The position numbers were made by a program, and so were the translations under genes. Positions 1-11,521 of a DNA stretch of 48,338 nt are shown piece by piece. The notes below the pieces were generated by a model. That model searched no databases and was not told where the DNA came from. It saw only the letters and a program-made list of their open reading frames with translations. Where the stretch lies: contig JBIIZO010000001.1 in NCBI GenBank assembly GCA_044346245.1, positions 1 through 48,338 on the forward strand. The letters run 5' to 3'. Each line of letters starts with the position of its first letter. Positions within the stretch are counted from its first letter, which is position 1. This stretch comes from Crocinitomicaceae bacterium (lineage in GTDB: Bacteria; Bacteroidota; Bacteroidia; Flavobacteriales_D; Crocinitomicaceae).

Positions 1-3000
1 ACAGTGTTGGGCAGGCAGTTGAATCATTCGATCCTGAAATAGCTGCAGTCAGCGTCGTGCTCTGACCCTCACAAATAGTTGTATTTGTAGGGGTAATGGT
101 TGGAGCTATCAAAAGTGTAACTGTCGCTGTATCATTTGCAGTACAGCCATTGGGGTCAGTGTAAGTAACTGTGTAAGTAGAAGTGGCTGTTGGAGCGGCA
201 ATTATCAAGCTAGTGGTATCACCAGTACTCCAAGAAGTTTGAGCCGTTGTAGGAATGCTGAAAGACTGAATATTAATAGCATAGTCTTCCATTTCACCGT
301 AATTAAAACTAGGGCATGGGGTTGGAGACGCCACACTTTCTTGAACAACAATACGCATGCGTGTTAAACCTGGTGTAGCTGTAGCAGGGATAGTAATTGT
401 ACCAGTTATTGTGTTTGGTGATAATGTTGTTGCAGTTGTAGTATAAGCCCGTTCATCAGTATCGTAAAAATCACCATCGCGGTTATAATCGATAAAAATA
501 GATAGTCCGTTAGAGTAATATGGTGCACCATCACACTCATCTGTAATGATACTGAATGCATAAGGGTTGCCCGTGATTACATTCACAGGAGCCAAGGTAC
601 TAGTGTAGTTGGTATAGTTAGAAGAACATGTTTCTGTTTGGATATTCGACATAGAACCGAATGAAACACCAAAAATTTGCTCATCGCTAAGTGCAGTTGA
701 AGATGGTGTGCCTGTACAGTAATTAGATGGCATTACTTGTGTACCACCAACTGCCATGGCGAGTGTCTGACTAGCACCCACACAAACCGTTGAAGTATTC
801 GGTAATACGCTTACCAATGGTAAGGCGTTGACAGTTACAACAACAGAAGCAGTAGTGATACATGAATAATCTGCAGAAGCAGTGTCGTTATCGATAGCTG
901 ATACAGTATAGGTAGTTGTAGCTGTAGGTGTGACATCAATAGCTGCAGTTGTTGCACCAGTAGACCAAGTATAAGAATAAGTTGGGTTCGAACTTGAAGC
1001 TGTTAGGGTAGTTGACTGACCAATACAAATATTGCTAGTACCTGCAATTGTAACAGCCGGAGGCGTATTTACCGTAACCGTTACAGGTGTTGGTAGACTG
1101 ACACAACCATTAGATGTTTCAGTCACATAGAACGTAGTTGTACTGTTAACTGAGTTCGGGTAAGTAGTTGCAGTTGAAGGAACGCCAGATAGAGCTGGTG
1201 TTATGGTAACATCATCAATAGTGTGAACCATACTCACACCACCCGTTCTTGCGGCAAATAAATGCTTCCAGTTGGATTTATCGGCGCTTACAAAAGAAGC
1301 CGGAAGGGCTATGTTTGTAAAGATGGCTGTACCATTAACTGTTAATGTGAGGTTTCCATTAGAGATGGTGATTAAAACTGGGACATTATTTGTTGTGCCA
1401 GCCCAACTCACGTTGTTAGAATATGCCAACACGCCGTTTACACCCACAACCTGTCCAGGCGTGTTGCTAGAGGCACCATAGATTACGCGTATTCCAGCAA
1501 TATTATCACCAGATGTTCCGTAAGCATCGAAAGAGACATGCAATTTCGATCCAGAGCCCATCTCTGCATTTAAGGTCAATGGCCAAGCTGCGTCATCACC
1601 AAAATTGTATGACATACCATCGGCACCGGACTGGGCAGCCAAACTAGTTTTTAGGCTAAAAGCAATTGAATAATCTGTTCCTTGAGCACCGTTGGCAGGG
1701 ATCATCATGGCGCCAATGTTACTCGTTGTGTTTGGTGTGAGTTGAACTGCGCCATTCAAATATGAAGCATTGCCATAGAGTGTTTCTGTTGAAACACCAG
1801 CAGCACCAGTGTTGTAATTACTTGTATAAGTGTTTTGTTGCCAAGTAAACAATGGGCTAGAAGCGCCACTGTTAGATACTACACTTGCAGTCGGCACTAA
1901 CGGGCCGCATTGCGTGCTAGCCACACCAGTTGGCGTAGCAGGTAGTGGATTGGCCGTTACGGTTACCGAGTTACTAGCAGTAATCGGACAACCTTGAATA
2001 AGCACTGTTGGTGTGTAAGTGTCAGTAGACAATACGTTTATAACCGCATTGTTAGTACTAGCCACCACATCACCATTAAGGTTGGTCCAGGTTACACCTG
2101 AAATTGTAGGAAGCGCTGTGCCTCCACCATTGTTGGTGCTAGACAAATTAATTGTATACTCTTCATACTCTCCATAATAAGGAACAGTAGCTGCCGTGAT
2201 AACACCTTCGTTGCTTACCACACGCATGCGCATCAATCCGTTAAATGCAGTGTATGGGATTGTAAATGAACCAGTCTCTGTATGCGGACCACTGGTTACT
2301 ACTGAAGAGGTATATACCATTTCACCAACGTCACTGAACACACCATTTCTGTTGTAATCAATAAAGATTGCCAATGCGTTGTTGTATGAAAAGCCTGAAG
2401 TCAATGAAGACAAACTGAAGCTGTAGGTTTGACCAGCGGTGAGGTTATAAGGACCAAAAGAGGTGAAGTCAGAGTAACCACCAGCCGTACCTGTTGCAGT
2501 TCCGATATCACCAGACAAGCTGTTGATCAGTGTGCTGTTGCTTAATACAGTTGTAGCCCCCTGAGAAATGATGACCGAACCAATATCTTCGTTGGTTGCG
2601 GGCACAGATACACTTGGTAAAGTGTAGTTTGTTGGTGCCACTGTTGAAGACAAGTTAGAAACCGTCGCCGTCAATGTGGCTGGCTGGCCCGAACACACAG
2701 AAGCAGCAGATGCGTTTGCAAAAGCTGTCATGCCGAGTGTGATGTCGTTTTGATATGTAGTTCCAGCCAAAGTTATTGTTGCAAGCGGATCAACAGCTGT
2801 TACCGACCAGGTAACAGTAGCGTTGCTTGCATACGCCAAACCAGTTGTTGCATTTATAATTGTACTCGCGTCCGGAATAGTTGCCGCCCAAGTGTTACCA
2901 CCTGCGCTCGACATGGCAATTCCTGATTGAGCTGTACCGTTGATGCTGTAATTTAATGTAACCGATGTAGTTGTGAGTGACCCTGGAATTACAGTTGCGT

Positions 3001-4768
3001 TGATAATATTTGACGAAGGAGCACAAGCAGGGCCGGTAACGTTTGTTACTGCACTAATATTTACTGCAGTCAAAGGCACACCGTCAAATTCATCGGCGCC
3101 TATGTCATAAGAAGTTCCGCCACCATTTACAGATCCGACAGGACCTGGGCGCGCTTGGTTGTCGTAGTCTACATTGTAGTCTGAAATGATTGCGCCGCCT
3201 GACTCCAACTGAGTGGCGGTTGTTCCATAGTTAAGGTGTAAATCTGTAGCCGATGTAAACACTGGGTTTACATTCAAACTGTTCACGTCTTTTGAAGTGG
3301 CCGATTGCCATGTGGCAAGCGTAGTGCGGTTAGCAGCGTTGTAGTATCCTACATGACCATATGGCACGTAATAATCGTTGCGATTCACATCGCCAGTAGA
3401 AATGTTGCCTGTAGCTGCGCAATAAAAACCAACTGCGCCCGTAGTATTTAAACTGTTTACTAAGATATTATTACGAACAGAGGTGAACACAACCCCACTT
3501 ACAGCCGCCGAAACACACGTACTATAGTAAAGAGTCGCGGTACCGGTGGTTGGCGCTTGAGACATTACAATTGTATTGTTATCTAATCTTACACCAGTTG
3601 CACCTGCGTTAAAAAAAATCCCGTGCTGAGAATATATAGAAGTATTTGTATAAGAAGAACTTTTCAACGCAACCATATCGCGAATGATGTTGTTGCGGAT
3701 GATAAGTAAGGTGTTGTTTGTGACACCAGTAACGTAAATACCAATTGCTCCATAACCAGAAGTTGTAGGTTGTTTGATATCGTGGATATAGTTTCTTTCA
3801 ATTATGGCACCGTAGTTAACGGTTCCAACTTCTATACCTGCAACTGTTGCAGAATAACCTGTTGTACCTGGGTCACCACCCATAATTTCGTTACCTACAA
3901 TTAGAGCGTTGCCATCGGCAGCACCTGTTGAAGTATTGCTAAAAATGATTCCTCTTGTTCCTATGTTTCCAGCAAGGGTGTTGTCACCTAAAATATTATT
4001 GCGGACAATAAGGTTTTTATTTGGATATGTAGAAGATGCACCCACAGCCCAAACACCATGATAAACTCGTGTAATAAGGTTGTTTTCAAATTTGGCATTT
4101 AAGGAACTATAACCACCCGTACCCAAAGACGAAGTAGAGTAGTTAGACATATTGATACCATAAGTAGCGGTGGTGCTAGCACTAGACCTGCTACCTGTAA
4201 TGATACAGTTTTTAACGGTGTTGTTATTTGCACCATCAGTACCAGTTGTAGAGTTAGAGCTTATTCTAACACATGCCGTTATTGTTGCTGCTGTGGAAGC
4301 AAAACCAATAGTAAGGTTGCGGTCTCCGGGTGTGTTCGGGTCGTCACCATCTATGGTTACTTTATCAGCACCACACAATTCTATAATGCCTCGGTTAGCA
4401 GTTATAGTACCCCCAATGGTCCAGTTACCGCCCTGCGGCCTTAAATAGACATTGGAGTAATTGGACGTGCCCGCACTTTGAAGGAGCGCCACTGGCGACC
4501 CCGGCTCTGTGGTATTGCCGGTGATCAAAATGGTGACCGACCCCTGGTGCGTTCCACTATTGATAGCTGCAAAGGCAGCGCTCACAGTGGCATAGTTGGC
4601 AGAGCCAACACCGGAGGTGGCTTGCACCGTTACTTGCGCCATCAAGCCTGAAAGGCTCGGCACAAGCAGTCCGCACATCATGGTGATGCGCAACACCATT
4701 TTACTCAGCGCGTTTTGCCGCGAGTTTGGTGTTAGATAGTTTTTGGTGTTAAATAATTTTGTAAGCAT
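1..4768 (-). CDS. Giant secreted surface protein/adhesin, C-terminus cut by the window edge (over 1589 aa): signal peptide, right-handed parallel beta-helix repeats, two GEVED-like modules, Ig-like repeats. Probably a T9SS cargo.
   Basis: Absent from the ORF track because it has no stop in the window. I translated the minus strand in the frame of ATG 4768 at three places (4768-4400, 2400-2300, 300-2). It stays open and protein-like at all three. The N-terminus is MLTKLFNTKNYLTPNSRQNALSKMVLRITMMCGLLVPSLSGLMAQ; an in-frame ATG at 4699 gives a cleaner signal peptide. Beta-helix type repeats are present, e.g. TNNTLLIIRNNIIRDMVALK near 3660-3730. GEVED-like motifs are IFIDYNRNGVFSD...VPYYGEYEEYTINL (about 2155-2400) and YGEMEDYAINIQS (about 265-540). 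Ig-like repeats follow, e.g. WSTGDTTSLII...YTVTYTDPNGC and TICEGQSTTLTA at the edge. Confidence 0.8.
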   Translation of the reverse strand, partial: MLTKLFNTKNYLTPNSRQNALSKMVLRITMMCGLLVPSLSGLMAQVTVQATSGVGSANYATVSAAFAAINSGTHQGSVTILITGNTTEPGSPVALLQSAGTSNYSNVYLRPQGGNWTIGGTITANRGIIELCGADKVTIDGDDPNTPGDRNLTIGFASTAATITACVRISSNSTTGTDGANNNTVKNCIITGSRSSASTTATYGINMSNYSTSSLGTGGYSSLNAKFENNLITRVYHGVWAVGASSTYPNKNLIVRNNILGDNTLAGNIGTRGIIFSNTSTGAADGNALIVGNEIMGGDPGTTGYSATVAGIEVGTVNYGAIIERNYIHDIKQPTTSGYGAIGIYVTGVTNNTLLIIRNNIIRDMVALKSSSYTNTSIYSQHGIFFNAGATGVRLDNNTIVMSQAPTTGTATLYYSTCVSAAVSGVVFTSVRNNILVNSLNTTGAVGFYCAATGNISTGDVNRNDYYVPYGHVGYYNAANRTTLATWQSATSKDVNSLNVNPVFTSATDLHLNYGTTATQLESGGAIISDYNVDYDNQARPGPVGSVNGGGTSYDIGADEFDGVPLTAVNISAVTNVTGPACAPSSNIINATVIPGSLTTTSVTLNYSINGTAQSGIAMSSAGGNTWAATIPDASTIINATTGLAYASNATVTWSVTAVDPLATITLAGTTYQNDITLGMTAFANASAASVCSGQPATLTATVSNLSSTVAPTNYTLPSVSVPATNEDIGSVIISQGATTVLSNSTLINSLSGDIGTATGTAGGYSDFTSFGPYNLTAGQTYSFSLSSLTSGFSYNNALAIFIDYNRNGVFSDVGEMVYTSSVVTSGPHTETGSFTIPYTAFNGLMRMRVVSNEGVITAATVPYYGEYEEYTINLSSTNNGGGTALPTISGVTWTNLNGDVVASTNNAVINVLSTDTYTPTVLIQGCPITASNSVTVTANPLPATPTGVASTQCGPLVPTASVVSNSGASSPLFTWQQNTYTSNYNTGAAGVSTETLYGNASYLNGAVQLTPNTTSNIGAMMIPANGAQGTDYSIAFSLKTSLAAQSGADGMSYNFGDDAAWPLTLNAEMGSGSKLHVSFDAYGTSGDNIAGIRVIYGASSNTPGQVVGVNGVLAYSNNVSWAGTTNNVPVLITISNGNLTLTVNGTAIFTNIALPASFVSADKSNWKHLFAARTGGVSMVHTIDDVTITPALSGVPSTATTYPNSVNSTTTFYVTETSNGCVSLPTPVTVTVNTPPAVTIAGTSNICIGQSTTLTASSSNPTYSYTWSTGATTAAIDVTPTATTTYTVSAIDNDTASADYSCITTASVVVTVNALPLVSVLPNTSTVCVGASQTLAMAVGGTQVMPSNYCTGTPSSTALSDEQIFGVSFGSMSNIQTETCSSNYTNYTSTLAPVNVITGNPYAFSIITDECDGAPYYSNGLSIFIDYNRDGDFYDTDERAYTTTATTLSPNTITGTITIPATATPGLTRMRIVVQESVASPTPCPSFNYGEMEDYAINIQSFSIPTTAQTSWSTGDTTSLIIAAPTATSTYTVTYTDPNGCTANDTATVTLLIAPTITPTNTTICEGQSTTLTAAISGSNDSTACPTL

Positions 4769-4975
4769 AGTACATAAAATATAATAAGTAAAAGCTCCAA
4801 AACTCAGAACTGAAGACTTGCGTTAAAAACGTTAGACTGTAGTTCGTTGTTCAGGTTAACATTTTGTAAAAGACCAATGAAGGCATTTTACGGTGGAAAG
4901 TTAAATAATATTTTCAAAACAAAAAATTTTTGTGTTAACTTTTTATTATTTCGGTGTATCCAACGAATATTTAAC

Positions 4976-4999
4976 AAAAAAGGCTGCCAAATGGCAGCC
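4976..4999 (-). terminator. Rho-independent terminator after atpC
   Basis: GGCTGCCA-AA-TGGCAGCC hairpin (4982-4999), followed on the minus strand by TTTTTTG. Confidence 0.7.
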
Positions 5000-5042
5000 T
5001 TTCAATTTATTCAATTAAATATTCACTGGTATGATTTTAATT

Positions 5043-5312
5043 TTACTCAGCCAAAATAATTAGCTTTTGGTTGTTGAGCTCGGCCACGCCGCCTTTGATT
5101 TGCACGCGTACTGAAGCGCCAGAGACCGCGAGGTGCTCATTAGCTTCTACAGCTTCGTTGGTTTCAAAACACAACTCTCCTTTCTTCAATGAAGAAATGA
5201 TCGGGGCGTGATTATTAAGGACTTGAAAAACACCATCTAGGCCAGGCAAACTAACGCTGTTTACCTCTCCTTTATAAAGGCTCGCTTCTGGTGTGATGAT
5301 TTCTAATATCAT
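5043..5312 (-). CDS. atpC: F0F1 ATP synthase subunit epsilon
   Basis: 89-aa ORF lying 3 nt downstream of atpD. The beta-sandwich N-terminus (LEIITPE...VSLPGLDGVFQVLNNHAPIIS) is typical of epsilon. Confidence 0.9.
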   Translation of the reverse strand: MILEIITPEASLYKGEVNSVSLPGLDGVFQVLNNHAPIISSLKKGELCFETNEAVEANEHLAVSGASVRVQIKGGVAELNNQKLIILAE

Positions 5313-5314
5313 GA

Positions 5315-6895
<1,581 letters not shown>

Positions 6896-6904
6896 TCACG
6901 CATA

Positions 6905-8101
6905 CTAAGTGCGTCGCATTAAAAATCTGACTGGGAAGTAGGTAAACAAAAAAGCTAATATACTGGAAGCGAAGAGTATGCTCAAAAAGTCTTTTGCTTT
7001 GAAAACAATGGGGAACGGCACATTGGCACCCGGCACAATTAACCAACCAAAATATTGCTGACACCAACAGATGAGCAAGCCGAAAACCAAACCAAACCCA
7101 ATTCCTAAAAAAGAAAGCAACAAGCCCTCAAAAAAGAAAATTTGAAAACGATTTTGAGGCGTCATGCCAAGTGCTCTTAAAATTTGCAAGTTGGCTTGTT
7201 TTTCGTGGATGAGCATGGTGAGTGTTGCAATCAAATTGAAAGAAGCCAACACAAATACAAATAGCAAAATGATGAACACCACCAAGCGCTCCGAACGACT
7301 TGTTTTGTAAATCAATTCGTTCTTTTCTAATTGGGTCCTCACTAGAAATTCCCGACCAACCAAGCGCTTTATTTGATTTTGAATCTCGAGTAAATCGACA
7401 TTTGAATCTGTGTAGATATGTATTCTAGTTACTGCACCTGCTTGGTCAAAAAGCAAACTTGCGGCATTGTAATCCCAAAGAAGTGCATTGCTGTTCAGTT
7501 CTTGATTGTAGTTCAGGGCACCTGCAACATCTATGGTTTGTATATGAAATGGCGTTTTACCTAATTTCATTTTGATGTTGCGTTTGGGCGCATACAGTTG
7601 AATATTGTTTTGCTCAGAACCCAGGCCCAATTTTAGTTTTGAAAAAACATCGGCTCCTAAAAACACAAAGCTAGGATTGTTCAGGTACTCTACTCCCACC
7701 TGATTGATCAAGTGCGCATTGACCTTTGCTTGCTTCACAAATTCAGCATCGACCGCATGCATGTTGGCGTTGATCCACCTTTGGTTTTTGCGCAGCACCA
7801 CCAATTCTTCTAGTTCTTTACTGAACCCTAGCACGCCATTTATAGCCTTTAGTTGTTGAAAATCTATTTGACGTAAAAAAAAGGTTTTTCTGCTTTGGTG
7901 CTGAATGGTAATTGGCGCATCAAAGGAGGTGTAGAGCTTGGCAATCATTTGTTCGATGCCGTTAAAAGCCGACAACAATATAACCATTGCGGCTGTACAA
8001 ACAGCAATACCAACAACGGAAATTCTAGAAATAATGCTAACTATCGAACGTTTAGAACGACTAAAAAGGTAACGTTTTGCTATGTAAAGCGCGGTTTTAA
8101 T
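6905..8101 (-). CDS. ABC transporter permease, FtsX/LolE-like
   Basis: C-terminal FtsX-type helices (LRALGMTPQNRFQIFFFEGLLLSFLGIGFGLVFG). The track ORF starts at ATG 7987. The same frame is open up to the rbfA stop and encodes the conserved LolE-type N-terminus (I)KTALYIAKRYLFSRSKRSIVSIISRISVVGIAVCTAA. There is no ATG, GTG or TTG in that stretch, so the only plausible start is ATT 8101-8099 (see finding). Confidence 0.75.
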   Translation of the reverse strand: MKTALYIAKRYLFSRSKRSIVSIISRISVVGIAVCTAAMVILLSAFNGIEQMIAKLYTSFDAPITIQHQSRKTFFLRQIDFQQLKAINGVLGFSKELEELVVLRKNQRWINANMHAVDAEFVKQAKVNAHLINQVGVEYLNNPSFVFLGADVFSKLKLGLGSEQNNIQLYAPKRNIKMKLGKTPFHIQTIDVAGALNYNQELNSNALLWDYNAASLLFDQAGAVTRIHIYTDSNVDLLEIQNQIKRLVGREFLVRTQLEKNELIYKTSRSERLVVFIILLFVFVLASFNLIATLTMLIHEKQANLQILRALGMTPQNRFQIFFFEGLLLSFLGIGFGLVFGLLICWCQQYFGWLIVPGANVPFPIVFKAKDFLSILFASSILAFLFTYFPVRFLMRRT

Positions 8102-8104
8102 CGC

Positions 8105-8440
8105 TTAGTTCTTGAGAAGTGCGTCTATCTTGAGTGCGTAATCAAGGGAGTCGTCTATGTGGAAAACCAGATCTGGTATTTTGCGAAGGTTTTTGAGGCG
8201 CTTGCCTACCTCTAATCGGATTTTTCCTCGGTTGGCTTGAATGTTTTCCAGAACGACTTCTTTTTCAGGGCCTGCAAAAATACTGAGGTAAATTCTTGCC
8301 AAGCTCAAATCTGAAGTAATGCGCACGACGGTAACCGAAACCATAGCGCCCAAACAAATTTCTGCAGCTTGTTTGCGAAAAAATGCGGCTAGCTCAGCCT
8401 GAATAACGGCTTCTATTTTTTGCTGACGGATTGAACTCAT
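8105..8440 (-). CDS. rbfA: Ribosome-binding factor A
   Basis: MSSIRQQKIEAVIQAELAAFF...VSVTVVRITSDLSLARIYLS is typical RbfA. The start is taken at ATG 8440 rather than the upstream track start at 8470. Confidence 0.85.
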   Translation of the reverse strand: MSSIRQQKIEAVIQAELAAFFRKQAAEICLGAMVSVTVVRITSDLSLARIYLSIFAGPEKEVVLENIQANRGKIRLEVGKRLKNLRKIPDLVFHIDDSLDYALKIDALLKN

Positions 8441-8504
8441 ATTGCAAAGGTAAGAATACTTGCAGAGCAAGCCCCCATCTAAACAAAAATGTATCTTTGT
8501 GTCA

Positions 8505-10343
8505 ATGTCTTACTACAAAGAAATATACAACTATACCTTTAAATACAAAGGGCTGGCATGGGCTACCATCCTATTCAATTTGCTCTTTGTGGTGTTCAAT
8601 TTGCTCTCGTTGGTGTTGTTTGTGCCCGTTTTGCAATTGATTTTTAAAAACGGTGAAGAACTAACAGCAGTGGCTGCTCCCCGGTTTGAGGGAGGCGTTT
8701 CCGGAATTGTAGATTATGTACGCGATGCTTACAATTTCGAGATGTATACTTTGGTTAAGGCCGATCCAAAAGGCGCGCTCCTTTTTGTTTGCATCAGTGT
8801 CTTTTTGGCTTTTTTACTAAAGAACATTTCGAGATATGGAGCGGTTTGGACACAATCAAAACTCAGGATGTGTGTGGTACGCGACGTCCGCGGCGCTTTA
8901 TTTGAAAAATCTTTGCGTCTTCCGCTTGCCTATCACAGCAATGAAAAAAAGGGAGATTTAATGGCCCGAATGAATAGCGATGTCAATGAAATAGAAGTAG
9001 CTGTAGTAAGCCTACTCGAACTCATTTTTCGAGAGCCACTTGCCATTATCATCAATTTACTGACGCTCATTTACATGAGTCCGCAGCTCACACTCATTTC
9101 TTTGCTTTTGTTGCCAGTTTCTGCTTTTGTGATCTCTCGAATTGGCAAAAGCCTAAAGCGCACAGCGCAAAAAACCCAAGAGCAACTCGGTTTTCTGTAT
9201 GCCTCTATGGATGAAAACTTAGGTGGCGTGCGGGTCATTAAAGCGTTCAATGCCATCCGTTTTGTTGCCGATAACTTTGCACATAAAAACAATCAACACC
9301 AAAAACTAGCCACCAGGGTATTTAGAAAACGCGACCTCTCGCCGTTGGTCAATGAAACCCTTGGCGCAACCGTACTCTTAGCCCTTGTTTACTTTGGCGG
9401 ACGACTCATTCTAAACGGCGAACAAATCGGCCTTACCGGCGAAGTCTTTTTGACTTACATTATTGTGTTTTCACAGTTTCTGCGTCCCATTCAAAGCGTC
9501 TCTAACAACATGGCTAACATGACCAAAGCGCAGGCTTCTCAAGACCGCATCAACGCACTTTTAGACGCCAACGAAGCCGTTACGGACAAGCCCAACTGTG
9601 TTGACATCCAAAACTTTGAAAAAGAAATCACCTTTAATGAGGTTGGGTTTTCTTATCAAGAACAAGCCGTGCTTCAAGACATTAACTGGGCCGTCACAAA
9701 AGGCAGTTTAGTGGCAATAGTTGGCGAGTCAGGTAGTGGAAAATCCACCCTAATGGATTTATTGCAGCGTTTTTATGACGTCACAAATGGCTCCATCAAA
9801 GTTGATGACGTCGACATTAGAGACCTGCGTTTAGCCTCCCTGCGCAACTTGATAGGCGTGGTGAGCCAAGAATCGATTTTATTCAACGTGAGTGCGGCAC
9901 AAAACATAGCTTTTGGCGATGAGCACCCCGATATGGAAAAAATAATTTCAGCCGCGCAAATAGCTAATGCACACGGCTTTATCTCTGAGCTTGACAACGG
10001 ATACGACACCATTTTAGGCGAGCGAGGCAACAAGCTCTCCGGCGGACAAAAACAAAGAATTGCTATTGCCCGCGCCGTCTACAAAGACCCTGCTATTCTC
10101 ATCCTAGACGAAGCCACTTCAGCACTAGACACCGCCTCCGAAACACTGGTACAACAGGCGCTAGAAAAACTCATGGAGAACCGCACTTCATTTGTGATTG
10201 CCCACAGACTTTCTACCGTTCGGAATGCCGATCAAATTATTGTGCTCTCAAAAGGAGAAATAATCGAGCGCGGGCAGCACGAAGAATTGCTCAGTAAACC
10301 CAGTCTCTATAAGGATCTTTGTGGGCTTCAAGGTCTGTCATAA
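8505..10343 (+). CDS. ABC transporter, fused permease/ATPase (MsbA-like exporter)
   Basis: N-terminal 6-TM domain, then Walker A GESGSGKST, signature LSGGQKQR, Walker B ILILDEATSALD and an H-loop IAHRLST. The start is taken at ATG 8505 (MSYYKEIY...). Confidence 0.9.
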   Translation: MSYYKEIYNYTFKYKGLAWATILFNLLFVVFNLLSLVLFVPVLQLIFKNGEELTAVAAPRFEGGVSGIVDYVRDAYNFEMYTLVKADPKGALLFVCISVFLAFLLKNISRYGAVWTQSKLRMCVVRDVRGALFEKSLRLPLAYHSNEKKGDLMARMNSDVNEIEVAVVSLLELIFREPLAIIINLLTLIYMSPQLTLISLLLLPVSAFVISRIGKSLKRTAQKTQEQLGFLYASMDENLGGVRVIKAFNAIRFVADNFAHKNNQHQKLATRVFRKRDLSPLVNETLGATVLLALVYFGGRLILNGEQIGLTGEVFLTYIIVFSQFLRPIQSVSNNMANMTKAQASQDRINALLDANEAVTDKPNCVDIQNFEKEITFNEVGFSYQEQAVLQDINWAVTKGSLVAIVGESGSGKSTLMDLLQRFYDVTNGSIKVDDVDIRDLRLASLRNLIGVVSQESILFNVSAAQNIAFGDEHPDMEKIISAAQIANAHGFISELDNGYDTILGERGNKLSGGQKQRIAIARAVYKDPAILILDEATSALDTASETLVQQALEKLMENRTSFVIAHRLSTVRNADQIIVLSKGEIIERGQHEELLSKPSLYKDLCGLQGLS

Positions 10344-10411
10344 ATGAATTCTATTTCATGTTGATGATTGCCTATTTATATTTGCTTAACTTTGTTCTTT
10401 AATCCTGCTAA

Positions 10412-11515
10412 ATGAGTTACGCCCCCGTTCAGTTCTCTAAAGAACACAACACTGAGTTTTATAAAACACTCAGGTCTAGAGTCAATGCCTATTTCAAAGA
10501 AAACAACATCGCCAAAACAGCAAATGCGGCAATGGTTTTCAAAACATTTGCATTGCTCGCTTTATTCTTAATCCCTTACGGTTTCTTGTTTTGGCAAGAA
10601 ATGCCCACAATTGCTTACTACGGACTTTGGGTAGTGATGGGCTTTGGTATGGCAGGTGTAGGTTTGTCTGTTATGCACGATGCGAACCATGGCGCCTATT
10701 CACGCAAAGAATGGATCAACACACTTGTTAGCAACGTCATGATTATCTTGGGCGGAAGTGCCAGAAACTGGCGCATCCAACACAACGTGCTGCACCACAC
10801 CTACACCAACGTCACCGACCACGACGAAGACATCGATCCGCCACTTTTTGCGCTGCGTTTTTCCCCACATTCTGAATACCATTCCATCCACAGATTTCAG
10901 CACCTTTATGCTTGGTTTTTCTACGGCATGATGACCCTTTTTTGGTACCTCACAAAAGACTACCAACAAGCATTTCGCTACAAGAAAAAAGGTCTTATTG
11001 AAGCGCAAGGCGTTACCTTCGGACAACACATGTTCAGGATTATATTTTTCAAAGTAATCTACACGGGGCTTTTGTTATTTTTACCTATCTATTTTGGTGG
11101 TGCCACCTGGATTACCAATGTACTTGGGTTTTTGCTCATGCAATTCATTTGTGGTCTTATTTTAGCCATGATTTTTCAGCCAGCTCACGTCGTTCCTACC
11201 TCTACTTTCCCAATGCCTAACGATTCAGGTGTTGTAGAAGCAGACTGGGCTGTGAGTCAGTTGTACAACACTGCCAATTTTGCACCTAAAGCCAAATTAT
11301 TCTCTTGGTATGTAGGTGGCTTGAATTACCAAGTTGAGCACCACTTGTTCCCTTCTATTTGCCACATTCATTACAACAAGATTGCTAAAATCGTAGAGCA
11401 AACAGCAAAAGATTTCAATTTGCCTTACCACTCTTACGACACCTTTTTGAGCGCCCTTTCGGAGCACACCAAAATGTTGAAGAACTTAGGTAAACCCAAT
11501 CCAGTTATCGCTTAA
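10412..11515 (+). CDS. Membrane fatty-acid desaturase family protein
   Basis: Three histidine boxes (HDANH, HNVLHH, QVEHHLFP) and hydrophobic segments. Confidence 0.85.
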   Translation: MSYAPVQFSKEHNTEFYKTLRSRVNAYFKENNIAKTANAAMVFKTFALLALFLIPYGFLFWQEMPTIAYYGLWVVMGFGMAGVGLSVMHDANHGAYSRKEWINTLVSNVMIILGGSARNWRIQHNVLHHTYTNVTDHDEDIDPPLFALRFSPHSEYHSIHRFQHLYAWFFYGMMTLFWYLTKDYQQAFRYKKKGLIEAQGVTFGQHMFRIIFFKVIYTGLLLFLPIYFGGATWITNVLGFLLMQFICGLILAMIFQPAHVVPTSTFPMPNDSGVVEADWAVSQLYNTANFAPKAKLFSWYVGGLNYQVEHHLFPSICHIHYNKIAKIVEQTAKDFNLPYHSYDTFLSALSEHTKMLKNLGKPNPVIA

Positions 11516-11521
11516 ACGCCT

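Noticed and set aside
1272-4448. The track ORFs 1272-1481 (+) and 4170-4448 (+), the only ORFs listed for the first 4.7 kb.
   Set aside because: Both are shadows of the giant minus-strand adhesin frame, and 1272 starts at a TTG. The real gene is the unlisted minus-strand frame.
4847-5059. 70-aa plus-strand ORF in the adhesin/atpC intergenic region.
   Set aside because: It starts at a non-ATG codon, is AT-rich and low-complexity, and runs straight through the atpC terminator hairpin and into atpC. It is most likely non-coding promoter or terminator DNA.
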